Shown: positions 1 to 13,480, numbered from the stretch's first letter. The stretch is 64,000 bases of DNA from Carcharhinus amblyrhynchos (GCA_965287045.1 OZ336903.1:7254001-7318000), one strand, 5' to 3'. The notes: a model not told the origin generated them from the sequence alone. Numbers and translations are program-made.

Positions 1-609
1 ATAGTGTACACACTCGTACAGAGTGCTGGAGCAAACATCGCATTCACACAGCATATTCTCACATTCTCAACAACATGTACAAGTGTATTTGACATTTATT
101 GCTCTTCACAGCAATTATACATTTAGTTACCAAATGCATGCAACTTGACTTGGACCAATTGCACTGTTAAGCTCAAATCCTTAATGCTTACAGTTTGGAA
201 ACTCTTTGGCTATATTGTGGCTTAAAACAAATCACCTGCCAGAATAGATTCTTGCCGCGTGCAACTTGTGCCCAAAATTTCCTCAGCTGCACGGGCAGGT
301 TTGGAGTTAAGTCCTTCGTGCCTATCTATTTTATTTTAGCTAATATCCTTGATACATTGGAGCTAACCTTTTCTTCTGATTTTGCAAACACCTCATACAC
401 AACTTTACTTTTCAAAACAGCAGAAAAAAATTCTGTATGCATGTAATTTTACTCTAATCAGCTTGGCACATCTTCATTTCCTGCAAGTCTGAAAATATCT
501 ACCTTATCTGCAAGAGATAAGAATAAATCTCTGGCCCTGAAGTCAATAACTGTAATGTAAACAGTTTATTAGCCAACAGTCACCAACGTCATGCTGTGTT
601 GCGTCTCAC

Positions 610-728
610 CTCCAGTGCAAGTTCCTGAACTTGTTGAAATAAGTCCAGGTCTTTCTCTGTCACAATGTCTTTGCTCAGTGATTGGTCATCCTCATTTTCA
701 AGTTTGCAGCCCCACGAGTCCTGATTGT
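610..728 (-). CDS. KAT6A: KAT6A internal coding exon (119 bp), just upstream of the MYST domain
   Basis: ttctgaatctgcag|ACAATCAG...CTGGAG|gtgaga translates to (D)NQDSWGCKLENEDDQSLSKDIVTEKDLDLFQQVQELALE, matching the KAT6A pattern DNQDGW...TEKDMELF..IQEQALQ. Confidence 0.94.
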
Positions 729-1809
729 CTGCAGATTCAGAAAAACATCATATTAACGGAGAGACTTTCCTTCAGCAAAACCTCCTGCAATCAACCTTGA
801 CTGACAGAGGGGCAGACTGAGAACTGACAACCTCAATGTGTTAATATAGCTGTTAAAAGTTAATGGAGCCATACAGCAACATTAAGGCCCTCAAATCTCC
901 AAGACTACAACCAATCTGGGGGATAAATTTAACAACTGCTGAACTGCCAATTAGATTGGACTCGGGTATTTTGTTTCTTTTGCTCATCCACCTGGAGTTT
1001 TGTGCATCTTTTTTATTGGACCAGCAGGCAAGTCAGCATCAATCAAGTATCCGACAGCCAACACATGACAATCAACCCCAAATTACAAGGTTCTGACTTC
1101 ATGTACTGAGGGTTCCCTCTCTTAGCTGGTTCTCCACAATTTTACAGCTAACAGGGCGAGGCGAAGTATTCCAGGTCTCTGCCACCAGTGCTGTGACTCT
1201 TGGAGGTGGATGGGAGTACACCTTTCCCTTTCTGTTTTACTGGAGAAGCTCCTCAACTCTGTTTGGAGCACCTTTCATACTGGAGGGCTCAGATCAGGGA
1301 CTCACCTCAGGGAGTGATGGCAAAGTATATTAACACAATGAAATGACAGAAGCCTGCATCATTTAAAAAAAAACAGCCCAATACAGTCAATGTAAACTAC
1401 AAAATAAACATAAACAAGCAGGATAGCAAATATTAAAGGCAACAAGGGACACAGCAGAAGGCAGTAGCAGCTTGAATTAAATACTCTTACGGGTATAAAG
1501 CTAAGGATAAAAGTTACAATGAAGCACTCATTTGGTTGTGAGAATCAGCATCCTTTTGCTCAGTTCAGTACTTTGCCTTTGAAATGGAATCTACACTAAA
1601 CTAAAACAAAATACCAAACTACAAATCCCATTTGAGCAAGCCAGCCTTATAGTGTCGCACACTGGTGTGCCAGCATGCTGTTCACCAGGTAGGTGAGCGC
1701 TCAATTTTTATTAATAAAACCAACTTGTCCTGATCCCACTACAAGCCACTGCCGGGGGGAAAGAAGGCGATTTGTGAATCCAAGGAATCAATCCTTTTTA
1801 GTTATTTTT

Positions 1810-1908
1810 TAATTTATTTACTCATGTCACACGTAGGTTTACATTAACACTGCAATGAAGTTATTGTGAAAATTCTCTAATCGTCGCACTCCGGCGCTTG
1901 TTCGGGTA
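1810..1908 (-). mobile_element. 3' tail fragment of the SINE family seen at 52880 and 58780
   Basis: Reverse complement matches the tail cccgaacaggcgccggagtg...taacttcattgcagtgttaatgtaa.cctac.tgtgac...taaataaa. Confidence 0.75.
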
Positions 1909-2399
1909 GCCTAAGACAAGGCAAAGAATTAAGTTGAGGTCATCAGAGCGCCAGAGGAATTAAGCATGGTAAAGGGACATAGAAAACAGCATTTTTAAAG
2001 TTATTTTAACAGAAAGCTGCCAATTTCACATTAAGGGAAAGCAATGATTAGCAACAAATTTGTTAAAGTGGTAACGGGAGAGTAATAGACATCAGGAGAA
2101 TGAGGAGTACCCTGGAGCAGCCCAGGTATTTAAATAGAAGATTGGCAAAGTCAGGAGAATGAGGAGTAACTGGCATGGCCTCAACAGATGTCTCAGAGAA
2201 GCAGAAGAAAGAGGGAAAATAATTTGCAGTGACAATAACATCAGTGGAGGGGGACTAGGGCAATTGTACAGGTCAATATTGAAGTTAAGTTGCCTATAAC
2301 TAAAACTAGATTGAATCATTAGATTAAAAACTACGAACTAGCTAAGTTAATTAAATACATAGAGTAATTAACGAGACAAATTGAACAAAGTAACAGGAA

Positions 2400-4845
2400 A
2401 GCAGAACAGAAAAGGTGCTGCAACTGCATCATATGGAGGCTGTGGAAAGCATCACAATCCCAAACAATCAGACCTGTAGCAGTTGCTCCTCAGAAATTTC
2501 AGTGCAGAGTTGTCAAAATGGTTTCTGAGATACAGATGTTGTTGGAGCTTCAAAGGAACGGGACATGGCTATGGGGACACTTGGTTCAAGGGACTGTCAC
2601 CATGATATAAGAGGGCTTTAAAGCAGAAGGTCAAAGAGGAATGCAGCCATCATAGTATAGTATGGTATAAAGAGACAGACTCTGTATTCTCCAGCCATGA
2701 CCAGGAGTGCCAAAATTAAGGACACTTTCCCACAACAGGAGAAGAACTTGGGAGTAGGAAGTGAAAGATCCAGTTATCATGGTCCACTGAGGAAGCAACC
2801 TCCGTCGAGGAAGGTGGGTCTGCTGGAGGAGTTTGGAGAGCTCGGGTCGGAACGATAATGCAGAAACTCCTTGGTAATCATCTCTGGATTCTTACGAGCC
2901 ACTTGCAAATTGAAGGCAAATAGATTAGCAGGTTAAATGCAAGGCTGAAACAGTGGTGTGGAAGGCAGAGATTTTGAATCTTTGAATGCTCATATCAGTA
3001 CAGAGAAAAGAGGGAGCTGTTCAGTTGGGACTGACTCGCTTAGAGACTGGGATTAGCGCTAGAAGAACTGGACTCTCAAATAATGAAGTTCAAAATCAAT
3101 TCACCAGCAAAATTATAGTTTGGGCAAGAATATGCAGAAAGTTGAAGAAACATATTGGAGTATTCGTGACTCGGATGACATGGAGAAAAACAGAAAATAA
3201 TTCAAGCAAAAGCACTAGATTTGTACTTACAAAGCTTTCAGAACCAAATAGATGAATAGCACTCAGAGAAAAAAATGGAGACATGGTTGTACAATGATTA
3301 GGGTTAGGAATTAAATATCCCAGGATATAAGACTTTTAAAAGGTAGGCAAAGTGGAAGAGGGAGGAGGAGATGGCTCGAAACTAGAAGATGGGATAAAGA
3401 TAGCAGTGAGAAAATATGTTAGCTTGGAAAAATTAGGAAATAGAATCAGATTAGGTGGATGAAGAAATAACAAGACAGAAATGCTGGGGGTAGTTTATAG
3501 ATCTCCAAACTGTAGTTGCAGCATTAGGCAGCATATGGGTCATGAATCTGGAGGTGTATTTAACAAGGGTAAACAATCATTCTGGAGAAACATAATCATC
3601 TTGACAAAGATAATTTTCATTAAAAATGTGGAGGATGACTTCATGGAATGCAATAAGGAATCACAAGGGAACAAGCTATTTTGGATGCAGCACTGTGCAA
3701 TGGGGCAGGGTTAATTACTCCTGAAGAACGATCATTACATGGTCATTTTATTTTGAGTTTGAGTGATTTATTTACATCTGAAACTAGGTTTCAAATTGGT
3801 ATTTTCTAGAAGCATTCAACAAAGTGCCATGGAAGTTATCTCTTAGAGGGATGGGAAATAATATATCATGGATTAAGTAGTAGTTAATGGTCAGAAAACA
3901 AACACTAAGAACAAATGGGTCCTTTAGTGGATCAGGGATGGGTCTCAACTAGTTACCACCAACAAACATCGAGGGAATGGAGTGCAATTTGTTAATGTTT
4001 GCTGATGATACAAAGTTGAGTGGAAGAGTAAACTTGAGAAGGACGCAAAGAAACTGCAAAATAATTCAGTCAGATTAAAGTGAGCAGGCAAGAATGTTGC
4101 AGCTAGAATATAACATGGAAAAAATGTGAAATTATCCAGATTGATAGGATACTGTAGGGAAGCAGAATATTTTTGAGAAATTGCTATGTTGGTATTCAGA
4201 AGGATCTGGGAATCCTTGTACACAAATCACAAAGTTATCCTGCAGATGCAGCAAGCAATGAGGAAAACAAATAGCAAGCTGTCCTTTATTACAAAGCAAA
4301 TTCCATATAAAACCAAAGAAGTCTTACTGCACTTGTGAAAGGTCTTGGCGAGATCACAACTGTATTATGTACAGTTTTGGTCTCTTTCCCCAAGGCCTTA
4401 AAGGAATTGAAGGAATTGCCCCTTAGAGATTAAGCAGACAAAGCCTACATTTCCTGGACTGAGAGGTAATCCCATTGAAATATATACTTTTTATGGGGTT
4501 TGGCAAGATAGATGGTTGGAATATGTTTTGTCTAGCTGGAAAGTCTACAACTGGAGGCCACTATCTCAGAATAGAGGTCAGCCAGTTCGGACCAAGATGA
4601 GGAATAATCTATTCACATGAAAGAGCTGTCACCCTTTGGACTTCTCTACTCCAGAGAGCTGTACTCAGTTGATGTATACATTCAAGTCAGAGCTCATTCG
4701 ATTTTTGGATACGATGTAAATCAAAGGTTATGGGGATGGTGTGGGAAGGTACCTGTGAGTGAAAAGATTGGTTATGAGCTTACTGAATGGCCGAGCAGGA
4801 TTGAGGGACCAAATGCTCCTACTTCTTGTGTTCTTGTTTTAAGTT
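2400..4845 (+). mobile_element. Old, heavily decayed long CR1-clade LINE (ORF1 and ORF2 remnants, 3' tail)
   Basis: Endonuclease-like GVVYRSPN near 3485, RT-like tttgctgatgataca (FADDT) near 3998, cagttttggtct, and terminal gctcctacttcttgtgttctt as in the young CR1 at 49420. Many stops. The 5' boundary is approximate. Confidence 0.8.
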
Positions 4846-5554
4846 AGAAGTGCACTGGTCTCTCTCTCTCTCTCACACCCAATGAAAAGGTGCCAGAATG
4901 GGCAGTTTTGTTCTAATCCTACAAATGCGAATGAGCTGAAATGCTTTGAATAAAAAAGCGGGAGGCGACTAGATGCAATTCTATGCAATACAGAAAATAC
5001 TCTGCAAGTGACCTGGCCTCATCAATCTGCATGTGACCAGATTTTAATCAGCCAACTCTACCTTGGGGAATATTTTCCAGTTTAAATGGATGTTCCTCTC
5101 ATGCCATGAAAGTGATGCCCAGTAGCAGTGATACTTCAGTACTTTCCTTGAAATACTTCTATGTCACTGTTCATTTGGAGGCAAATAATGTGGTCAGACA
5201 CCTGGTGTTGCAACCCCACCCTCTTTCAAAGTGTTCATATCAGCCAATTTAATGAGCGCAATGATTATATGAAGGCAGTAAGTCTGAAATTAAGATAGAA
5301 AATAATGGAAATAAACAGCAGTATTTGACAAAGATTGTGAAGAAAGTTCCTGCCTCAAATTCTTATGGACCTATCGTGTATTTTTATTTTAATTGCTGAA
5401 ATGAAAACATGCAGAGCTACTTTCATGGCACAAGCCCAACCCCCTTCCCCTCCCAAAGGAGAACAGCAACTACCTGAAGCACCCCAAAAAAGCGTAATTA
5501 AAAAGCCAATTTCTAGTGCTAGCGATGCACAATAGCACGGCATTTACTTCTTAC

Positions 5555-6097
5555 CCTTGTCCTCGGCACTTTTACTCCTTTCTAATTCCACGGTCCCCTT
5601 CCTGTGCCAAAGGATCGTCTTTCCATGTCTCATTTTACACCGGCTGCCCCTTATTGCTTTCTCTCTCACAGAAAACGGCAGGAAATAATGAGAGTGCAGT
5701 TTAGCCGCCGTTTCTACAGATGTACTCAGTCGTAGGTAAGGTGAGATTTGCAAATTGCAACTGTTTTTCATGCTACTGCCCCAATAGCTTGGGAGAACAG
5801 AATTAGCAGTGGAAGTAGGACAAGGTTCACATGGTGTAAGACAAGGAGGAGTTAACTCAGCATCTGCTTCGCCAGAGAGTTTGGGAGAATAAAGAGAGGA
5901 AGGAGAATCAATTGGCTCCTTTCTTAACCTGGGCATTCTGCACTTAGTTAACTGGCCAGTGAATGTCTGCTTATTGAAGTTATCAAGCGGGCTAGCACAA
6001 GAAGATGATCTGATGTTACTAATGTGGCACCTTGGCGCTGGTAAAGAAATCTCAGGTGATACTGGGCATGCAGGGATTAATGTGGTCAGTGCAGTAC
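5555..6097 (-). CDS. KAT6A: Putative alternative in-frame 3' extension (543 nt, 181 codons) of the preceding KAT6A exon via a distal splice donor
   Basis: The frame stays open past the proximal donor (ORF 5544..6320) until GACAAGG|gtaagaag at 5555/5554. This consensus donor is in the same phase (1), and a stop follows within 3 codons. Confidence 0.65.
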
Positions 6098-6417
6098 CTG
6101 TGGGCCATGTGCTGCTGTCAGAAGTGCTTGATTTTCGTGGCCCCTTTTTCTTGAGCCTGTATTGCTCAGCTAAGTCCAGGAGTTCACCCCGTGGCTTGCG
6201 GCCATCAGGTGAAGGGGTGAAGAATTTGCTAAGGCCATCAATGAGCCCTTTGGTTTTCTTGTTCATTTTCAGGCGGGAAGATTTGGTGGTTCGCGAGTTC
6301 AAAGTGCTCAGTCCATCCAACCGTCCCGACTTTGATGAGGGGATTGCTGAAATTTTGCGTTTGCGACCCCGACCGGAACATTGTCTCTCTTTGTCAAATG
6401 GCTGAGAACCTTTTGAT
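6098..6417 (-). CDS. KAT6A: KAT6A internal coding exon (320 bp, proximal donor), linker with the conserved [18 protein letters not shown] motif
   Basis: ctctttcacag|ATCAAAAGG...CCCACAG|gtactg translates to (V)[23 protein letters not shown]...[68 protein letters not shown] is KAT6A-like. Phase 2 to phase 1. Confidence 0.94.
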
Positions 6418-8064
6418 CTGTGAAAGAGGGGAAAAAAATTTTGTTCAGTTATTCAAAAAGCATCTTCACTGACCGAATCAAACACATCTAAAATGCAGTT
6501 CCCTCTGCCATTAAGTTAAATAAGATACTAAGCAAGGAATCAGTTTATAATTCACAAATACTAGTAGCAAAATAAGAAGTCCGCTACACCACCTGCTGGA
6601 TAACAGGCATCACATTTTTGTTGAGTATTTTACAAGTAATCACATACTTAGGAAACCACAGAAATGTTTAAATACATATAACGACCCTCATGGTACATCT
6701 TAGAAGGTGTATGATGCTTTGGCTATCACCTTCAGTGGGTATCGTGCAGTTCCACATTTGCAAGCACAAATAAATTTCTTTTAGTGCTGGTTAACGTTCA
6801 TAACATTACTTTTCATTCTTTCTCTCTTCAAACAAAATGGGCAAACTGAGAGTTCATGAGGATAACTGGTTTGAATGGATGTTTTCCTATCGTTGATCCT
6901 CAAGGTTCAATAGACTATTGTAAATGTTTTGGGAGGGGCTGTTCTGCTGTAATCTCTGTCACTGAATGGGAGGCCATCAATGTTCAAGAAGGGATTTATC
7001 GTGATGAACCCAAATATCACAAGCCAACAAATTGGGGCAAAGTGCATGGTTGAATGGTTTCAGTTCATTAACATAGTTGACACAAATGCTCAATTGGTAA
7101 AACTGAAACACATCTCAACAAAAAGGAATGTCAAGGGTCAGGAACCTATCCTGTGTTTCGTGCATTGATGCTTTCCATTTTTCATTCAGACTTGCACTTC
7201 CTAATGGCGAGCAGAATATAAAAATCCTCACAATTTAGGTCAACCAACCCACAACAAAGATGGTATTCCTGAGCTGGTCACTGAATGAAGGAAAATCATC
7301 CATCATCAAGTTTGTTGCTTACCAGATGAAACAAATTTGCTTGGGAATGTAACAGTTTTTGCAAAGAATGCAGGAGATTGAGTAATGCCTTTGAAAATTT
7401 TAAGATGCAGTGTAGGCGTGAGGTTGAGAAGAATGTGTGGGACTACTGAGAAGATCGACAGTAGATAAGGTTTGTTAAGGGTGCCGTGAGCCGACTTGGA
7501 CAGAAGGGTTGGAGATTCAAGATACGTGCTTAATGAGGGTAACAAATCGTAAAGTCATATGATAGAGGAGAGGATGCTTGAAATGGTATTAGCATCTTCC
7601 ATATTGTCTAAAAACGGAAATGGATAAAGACAGGATGAGGAGGATTAAAAAAAAGCATCTAAAATGCTGATTTGGGTCTGTACCTATGTACATCACTTGT
7701 AGAATCAGGGGCTACCCACACTACTGAGGAGAAATTGCTGATTATAAATAGATATTGCAGCAACACTTTATACAACACTGTGTTTTATAAAGCCCACACT
7801 TCCTGTTTCAATTTGCTTCAACTTGAGCAAAACAAGTTCAGCCTTGGAGTAAACTCCAATTAGCAGCTGCCAGTATAAATAGCTCCAAATCATCATTTTG
7901 CCCCAAAAATAAAATGTAAATGATGCCATTCCTTTCTAGATTTTAGAACAGGACCTACATAAACAACTACAGGGCTAAAATGGTTTTGTTTACTTGTTGC
8001 TGATCCTCGTGGTCCATCCAGCCTGAGCATGTTTTAACACTATTGTTCACAGAACTGATACATC

Positions 8065-8500
8065 AACAACTTGCATTTATGTTGTGGCTTTAACGTAATA
8101 AAATGTCGCAAATGACAAACAAAGTTCGACACTGGCTTACATATCAAGCCAGTACAAGGAGATATCAGGCAAAATGACCAAAAGCTCAGTCAAAGAGGTG
8201 GGTTTTAGGCAGCATCTTAAATTCCAACGTTTATGATCTTTATAGCTGAAAACACAACCACCAGTGGGGCAATTTAAATTGCAGATGCTCAAGAGGATAG
8301 AATTGGAAGAGTGTTTTTTTATAAAATTGAGGAATTCAGCACGAATTCAAGTACATCAGTGAGCACAAGGGTGATGACTGAGGAAGGTTTGATGCCAGTT
8401 AAGACAAAGGCAGCAGACTTTTGAATGGCCTCTACTTTGAGAACAATGAAGTTATTCGCCAGGGTACATTGAAATGGTTAAGTCCAGAGATAACAAAAGC
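8065..8500 (-). mobile_element. L2-like LINE 3' remnant; more of the same element probably lies at about 9500-9990
   Basis: caacaacttgcatttat...atgaccaaaagct..gtcaaagaggt.ggtttta pattern, similar to segments near 13000-13480, 33680-34380 and 45630-46120. Confidence 0.55.
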
Positions 8501-8529
8501 CTGCATGAGTTTTACAGACTCTGAGAATA

Positions 8530-9390
8530 GCTACAGCACAGAAGGCCATTCAGCCTGTTGCGTCTGGCCCTTTAAAGGAGCAATTCACAACCACCTTTTC
8601 CCTGGAGCATTGCACATCCTTTCCTTTCACTGAATAATCCAATTCCCTCTTGAATGCCCCAACTGAACCTATCTCCACTACACACTCAAGCAGCTCATTC
8701 TAGACCTTAATAACTTTCAGTGTAAAAATATTTCTCATGTCACCACTGCTTATTTTACCAATTATTAAATCTATGCCCTCGTTTGCAATCCTCCCACCAG
8801 TGGGAACCTCTCTACTCTGTGCAAAAGCCTCGTGAGTTTGAACACCACTATCAAATATCCTCTCAATCTTCTCTTCTCCAGGGAGAACAGACCAACTTTT
8901 CCAAGCGATCTACGTCACTGAAGTTCCTTATTCCTGGAACCTTCTCATACTCTAGTTAATGCTGAACCACTGTTTTATACAGGGTTAACATAACCTGCTT
9001 ACTTTTATACTCCATGCTCCTATTTATAAAGCTCTGAATCTTGCAAGTTTTATTAACTGCTCTCTCAATCTGCCTGCCATCTTAAATGATTTGTACACAT
9101 GTACCCAGGTCCCTCTGGTCCTGCACTCACTTTGGAATTGTAGCCTTTACTTTACATTGTCAGCCCATGTTCTTCGTGCAAAAATGAATCACCTCACTTC
9201 TCTGCATTGAACATCATCTATCACTTGTCCACCCATTCCACCAATCTTTGTCCTTTTAAAGTTGAACACTAACCTTCTAACAATTCACATACTTAAAAAT
9301 TTTGTATCATTCACAAATGTTTAATTCCTGCACTCGACACAATTTTGGAGTCATTAATATATAACACCTAACCCTGGGGAACTCCACGAG
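8530..9390 (-). mobile_element. Decayed CR1 3' portion nested in the L2-like remnant
   Basis: Reverse-strand CR1 tail (acagcacagaaggccattcagcc), followed by reverse-complement RT-region words (tttgtatcattcacaaat, ccctggggaactccac). Confidence 0.65.
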
Positions 9391-10125
9391 AAACTCCACA
9401 ATAAACGGCAGATTCACTGTTGCAGTGTTGCAGAGGTGGAAATCAGTGGTGTTAGCGATGGTGCAGGTAAGTGACAGGAAATTCTTCAGAGGATTAGATA
9501 TATAATTGACCTTGTGAAAATTCTGGTTCAGCCTCGCACAGCTGGCAGGATTGAGTCAACGTCAAGGGAATGTAGTGTGTGATATAAACCAAAGACAATG
9601 GCTTTTGTCTTTGCAATATTTACAGGGAATTTGTGCTCATAAATAGATGATGTTGAACAAGCAATCTGACAATTTACAGGAAGTGCAGGGGGCCTGAGAA
9701 GGGATGGTGAGCTGAGTGCCATTAGTGCATATAGGAAAATTCATGTGTATTTTCCTCCATCACCGAAGGACAAATATAAATGAGAAATAGGAGGGGGCCA
9801 AGAACATCACAGGCAATGGTGCAGGATTAAAAGACAAAAAAAAGTCAATGCTTTTAGCACTTAGTTAGTACTAATTATAATATTGCCTTTTTATATCCCA
9901 GGTACAAATGAGGAGAGGTACATATCTTTGCTGTAGATGTCAACCGGCAAGAGAACGTCCAACTAGAGTTGGCAATCTCAGTTCCAAGGAACACTCAATT
10001 CAGCCTTATTCATGACTCTGACTCCCATTGTGACAAAGTGTCTGGCATCCTCTGAATGTCATTCTTCCTTGGCACCATATCAGAGGTCAGTCGACAAACA
10101 ATAATTTATTTTGTGAAATACTTAC

Positions 10126-10258
10126 ACTGTGTTATTCTTTAATCTGTTTTTCGAGTGCCCTATTGCTGTCGCGTAACGTCGTTTAATCTGTACAGCTTTC
10201 TTGTGCAACAGTTTTCTTCCCTTTTTCCGTGGTCGACAAATCTGACACACCCACATGC
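10126..10258 (-). CDS. KAT6A: KAT6A internal coding exon (133 bp), end of PHD2 and basic region
   Basis: ccatcacag|GCATGTGG...AACACAGT|gtaagt translates to (G)[43 protein letters not shown](V). Phase 1 to phase 2. Confidence 0.96.
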
Positions 10259-11019
10259 CTGTGATGGAAGGTAAAAACAAGGACTAAATATTTGACCTAT
10301 TACAAGCTAGTCTTCTCTTGTCCACCAAAATACAAACTGTGAACTATCTCAAGTGCAGCAAAGACTAGACTGCTTGTAATCTTCGCTAGCAACATGTCAA
10401 TGAGTATTTGCTTTCAAGTATTTCTCCTTCCTGTCTAATCTGGTAATAGAAGTCCCAGCAACAAAATGATTCAGGGTTCAACCTCTTGTGAAATGTGGAT
10501 CCTGTGCATCAAATGCCACTTTAGCCACAAGTCAGACAAAAGGAGATTTAACCTGAACAGGTGTTTGTTTGGTGCTGCCATCAATCTGATGTCAATAACA
10601 GACTGTGGATCTGCCCACGTGCAGTAGTACACCAGGCGGTCCTTTCAGCTTCACACTGATCATCTGACTCAGGATGGCAAGTAGAATTAATGTTTTGCAG
10701 ACACACGATCTGGGAATGTGTATACCATCACTTGTCTTTTACGATTTTACTTGTCCGTTTCAGTCACTGACATCAATCCAATTAATAATCAACACCAGAC
10801 AATTTTACCCTTAGAGGGTTTATCAGAGCAGCTGCCAGATAATTAAAGAATAATAACAACAGAGTGATCATCAAGTAATTATTGAATCCATGGGTTTAAG
10901 ACATGTCATAAACATCTGGAATTAACTAATTACCTGATGTCACAAATCAACCACTTGCTATTATTCATGGACCTCTAATGAAATATATATTAGCAATGAT
11001 TTTTCACATTCATTCAGGA

Positions 11020-11380
11020 GATGTTATTGCCCTTGTGGCGGTGCTGTGAGCTGTCTTTTTGAACCACTGCAGTCTATGTCGTGTAAGTACACCCACACTG
11101 CTGATAGGGAGGGAGTTACAGGATTTCCATCCAGCCATAGTGAAGGAGTGGCAACAGAGTTCTAAACAGGATTGCTTGTGGATTAGAGGGGAATTTGCAG
11201 GTGGGGTGTTCCCATGCATCTGCTGCCCACGTGTAGGTTTTGGTTTGGAAGCTGCTATTTAACAAGACTTGGTGAGTTGCTGCAGTGCATCTTGGATACT
11301 CTACTGCACTGCTGACACAATACTTAGGTGCTGCAGGGAATTAATGGTTTCCTTTGGTTAATGGAGTATATTTGTCCTGG
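11020..11380 (-). mobile_element. 3' fragment of a second abundant CR1-clade LINE family
   Basis: ttgaaccactgcagt...gggagttacaggattt...ggtgttcccatgcatctgctgccc...gcagtgcatcttg, shared with 18750, 30590, 41060 and the reverse of 50300-50640. Confidence 0.7.
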
Positions 11381-11704
11381 ATTCTACAACATAATAAGCT
11401 TAACACATTCAGGGAAAGTGTTTTGATCTACTATATTCCCAGGGAACATTTCCAATAACACTCAATACCATGGTAACATGAAGCTGCCTAACTCCTTCTT
11501 GGAACCCACTGATTTCATGTCACCAACTTCACATTCTCCAGCATATCCCATTTTCTTTCCTTGACCTCAATAAGCCCCCTGGTGATTTAATTCTGAAAAG
11601 TTCATTTGCATCCAGCTCGTCCAAGCCTTTCTGACACCTACGTTATTCCCATGGTAATTCTCACTAATCAATGTATTCCATTTGATGGCATTTTCTAAGC
11701 ATTC

Positions 11705-11995
11705 TGGGATGTGGATGTTATTGGCAAAATTACTGTTTACTGCCACCCCAAATCACACTTGAGAGGGAGGTAGTGATCTACCTTCTTGAATACAACCAAG
11801 TGGCTTGTTAGGCCATTTCTGAGATATTAAGAGCCAGCCAAATTGCTTTACATCTGGAGTCACATCTAGGCTGGACCAGGTAGAGCAGTTTATATTTTCC
11901 CCTGAAGAACATTCATGAGCTAGGCAGATCACAACATGACTGAATTTGAACTCATGCCCACAGATGATACATCCAAGCCTCTGGATCATGAAACC
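11705..11995 (-). mobile_element. Shark SINE-like repeat (same family as 23095-23400)
   Basis: ctggagtcacatctaggctggaccaggt...ccctgaagaacatt is the reverse complement of the core at 23240-23310. Confidence 0.6.
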
Positions 11996-12327
11996 ATCAT
12001 ACTCATATCCTAAAACCTGCAATTGCTTGCTCTTGTAACCAATGTGAAAAGTCTCTTTAAGGTTTAATTAGATACTGCATTGTACAGCAACCTACAATCA
12101 TAGCCCCTTTCACTGGTACAGAAGACCCTTTGCAATGTTAACTTCCTCATTACTTCAAGAGTTTTAAAATACTGAATCATTTGTTTACATTCAGAATAAT
12201 ACGTTTTTGCAGAAAATTACTTTGAGAAGCTCTGCAGAGAACGTTCCCAAGGTTAAGAATGGGAATCTACAGCAAGATGATTCTTGTGCTGGATTCTACC
12301 TTTCACAATTTAATGAACTGTATTTCA

Positions 12328-12426
<99 letters not shown>

Positions 12427-12984
12427 CTACAGGGGAGACAGTGGTATAAATCATTATTAGTCTTCATGAGTTTACAAGTGATATTAATGAAATAGCACAA
12501 AGGAAAATAATAGCTTGTCCCTGCCAGAGACTCAAAGACACCACAATGTCCTTTATTCTGCTTCAAGATTCTGTTTTAATAGGCAGCCCATGTCAGTTAG
12601 TTTCACCGGACAATGTATAAGCTTCCAAAGACAGCCAGGGAGAGAAGATCCCATTTTGTGTTGAAGGGCTACCTCATTTAGATTTTGCACACAATTCAGC
12701 AGTAAATTGCCAGCTTCTAAGCCATAAAATTTGCAGGCAGTCTTAGCCAACATCCATTTTACAACTTCAAAACAGTAATAATAAACAGAACAGAGCATTC
12801 CAAAGGAATAAGGAATTAGTTTATTGACTATCACCACAGCTATTAATCAAAAACAAATTCACTTTTCAATTACAGCCCTGTACTCTTGAGAGCCTTTTTT
12901 CTGATTTCAAAACTTTGATCCATCTCTACCTCCTTCAAAAACCCTGCTACGTTAAAGGCATTACATAATACAAACAGTTGTTTC

Positions 12985-13480
12985 TTAAAAATAAGAACTT
13001 TAATTTATACTTTTAGTGTGACAATACTTCTCAAGGCACTTACCAGGAGTGTTATCAAGCAAAATTTGATCTGTAGCCCTTTTCAGAGTCAGAAGCTTTA
13101 GGTGAAAAAACTAATAATCCTGTATCAAATGAAACACAGTTGCTGTAAAGGTACTAATTTGATCACACACACCTTGTGGATCTCTGCTCAAAAGAATCTA
13201 GTAGTACAAGAAATCAAAAGCCTTGTCAGGAAGGTGGCAGAGGTTTAGGGAGAGAATTCCAGAGCTTAGAGCCAAGGCAACTGAATACATGGAGCCAATG
13301 ATAGCTGCGCAAGAGGACAGAATTGGAGGAGAAGAATTTTCCAACAGAATTGGAGTGAAGCAATGGAGGGACCCGGGGCATTGTCAGACGAGCAACCAAT
13401 TCACAGGTTGTGAGCACAGAGGGTTGGATGAACAGGACTTGATACCGGTTAGGATATGTGGCCTTTCTTCAATCTCTGAA
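12985..13480 (-). mobile_element. L2-like 3' remnant
   Basis: tctcaaggcactt...gttatcaagcaaaatttga and ggcagaggtttagggagagaattccagagcttag resemble the other L2-like copies. Confidence 0.5.

Noticed and set aside
1080-1320. Possible extra exon (minus-strand GAG|gtgagt near 1305)
   Set aside because: No convincing acceptor or KAT6-like peptide, and the flanking exons already join in frame.
2092-2168. 18-bp direct repeat tcaggagaatgaggagta with a spacer, superficially CRISPR-like
   Set aside because: Only two copies in a eukaryotic repeat-derived context and no cas genes; it is a local duplication.
5544-6320. 258-aa ORF as a standalone gene, or assignment to KAT6B
   Set aside because: It begins at a TTG inside a spliced exon with an acceptor at 6417. 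Diagnostic residues in several exons favour KAT6A.
5959-6405. 148-aa plus-strand ORF
   Set aside because: It is the antisense shadow of the KAT6A exon and has no recognisable protein features.
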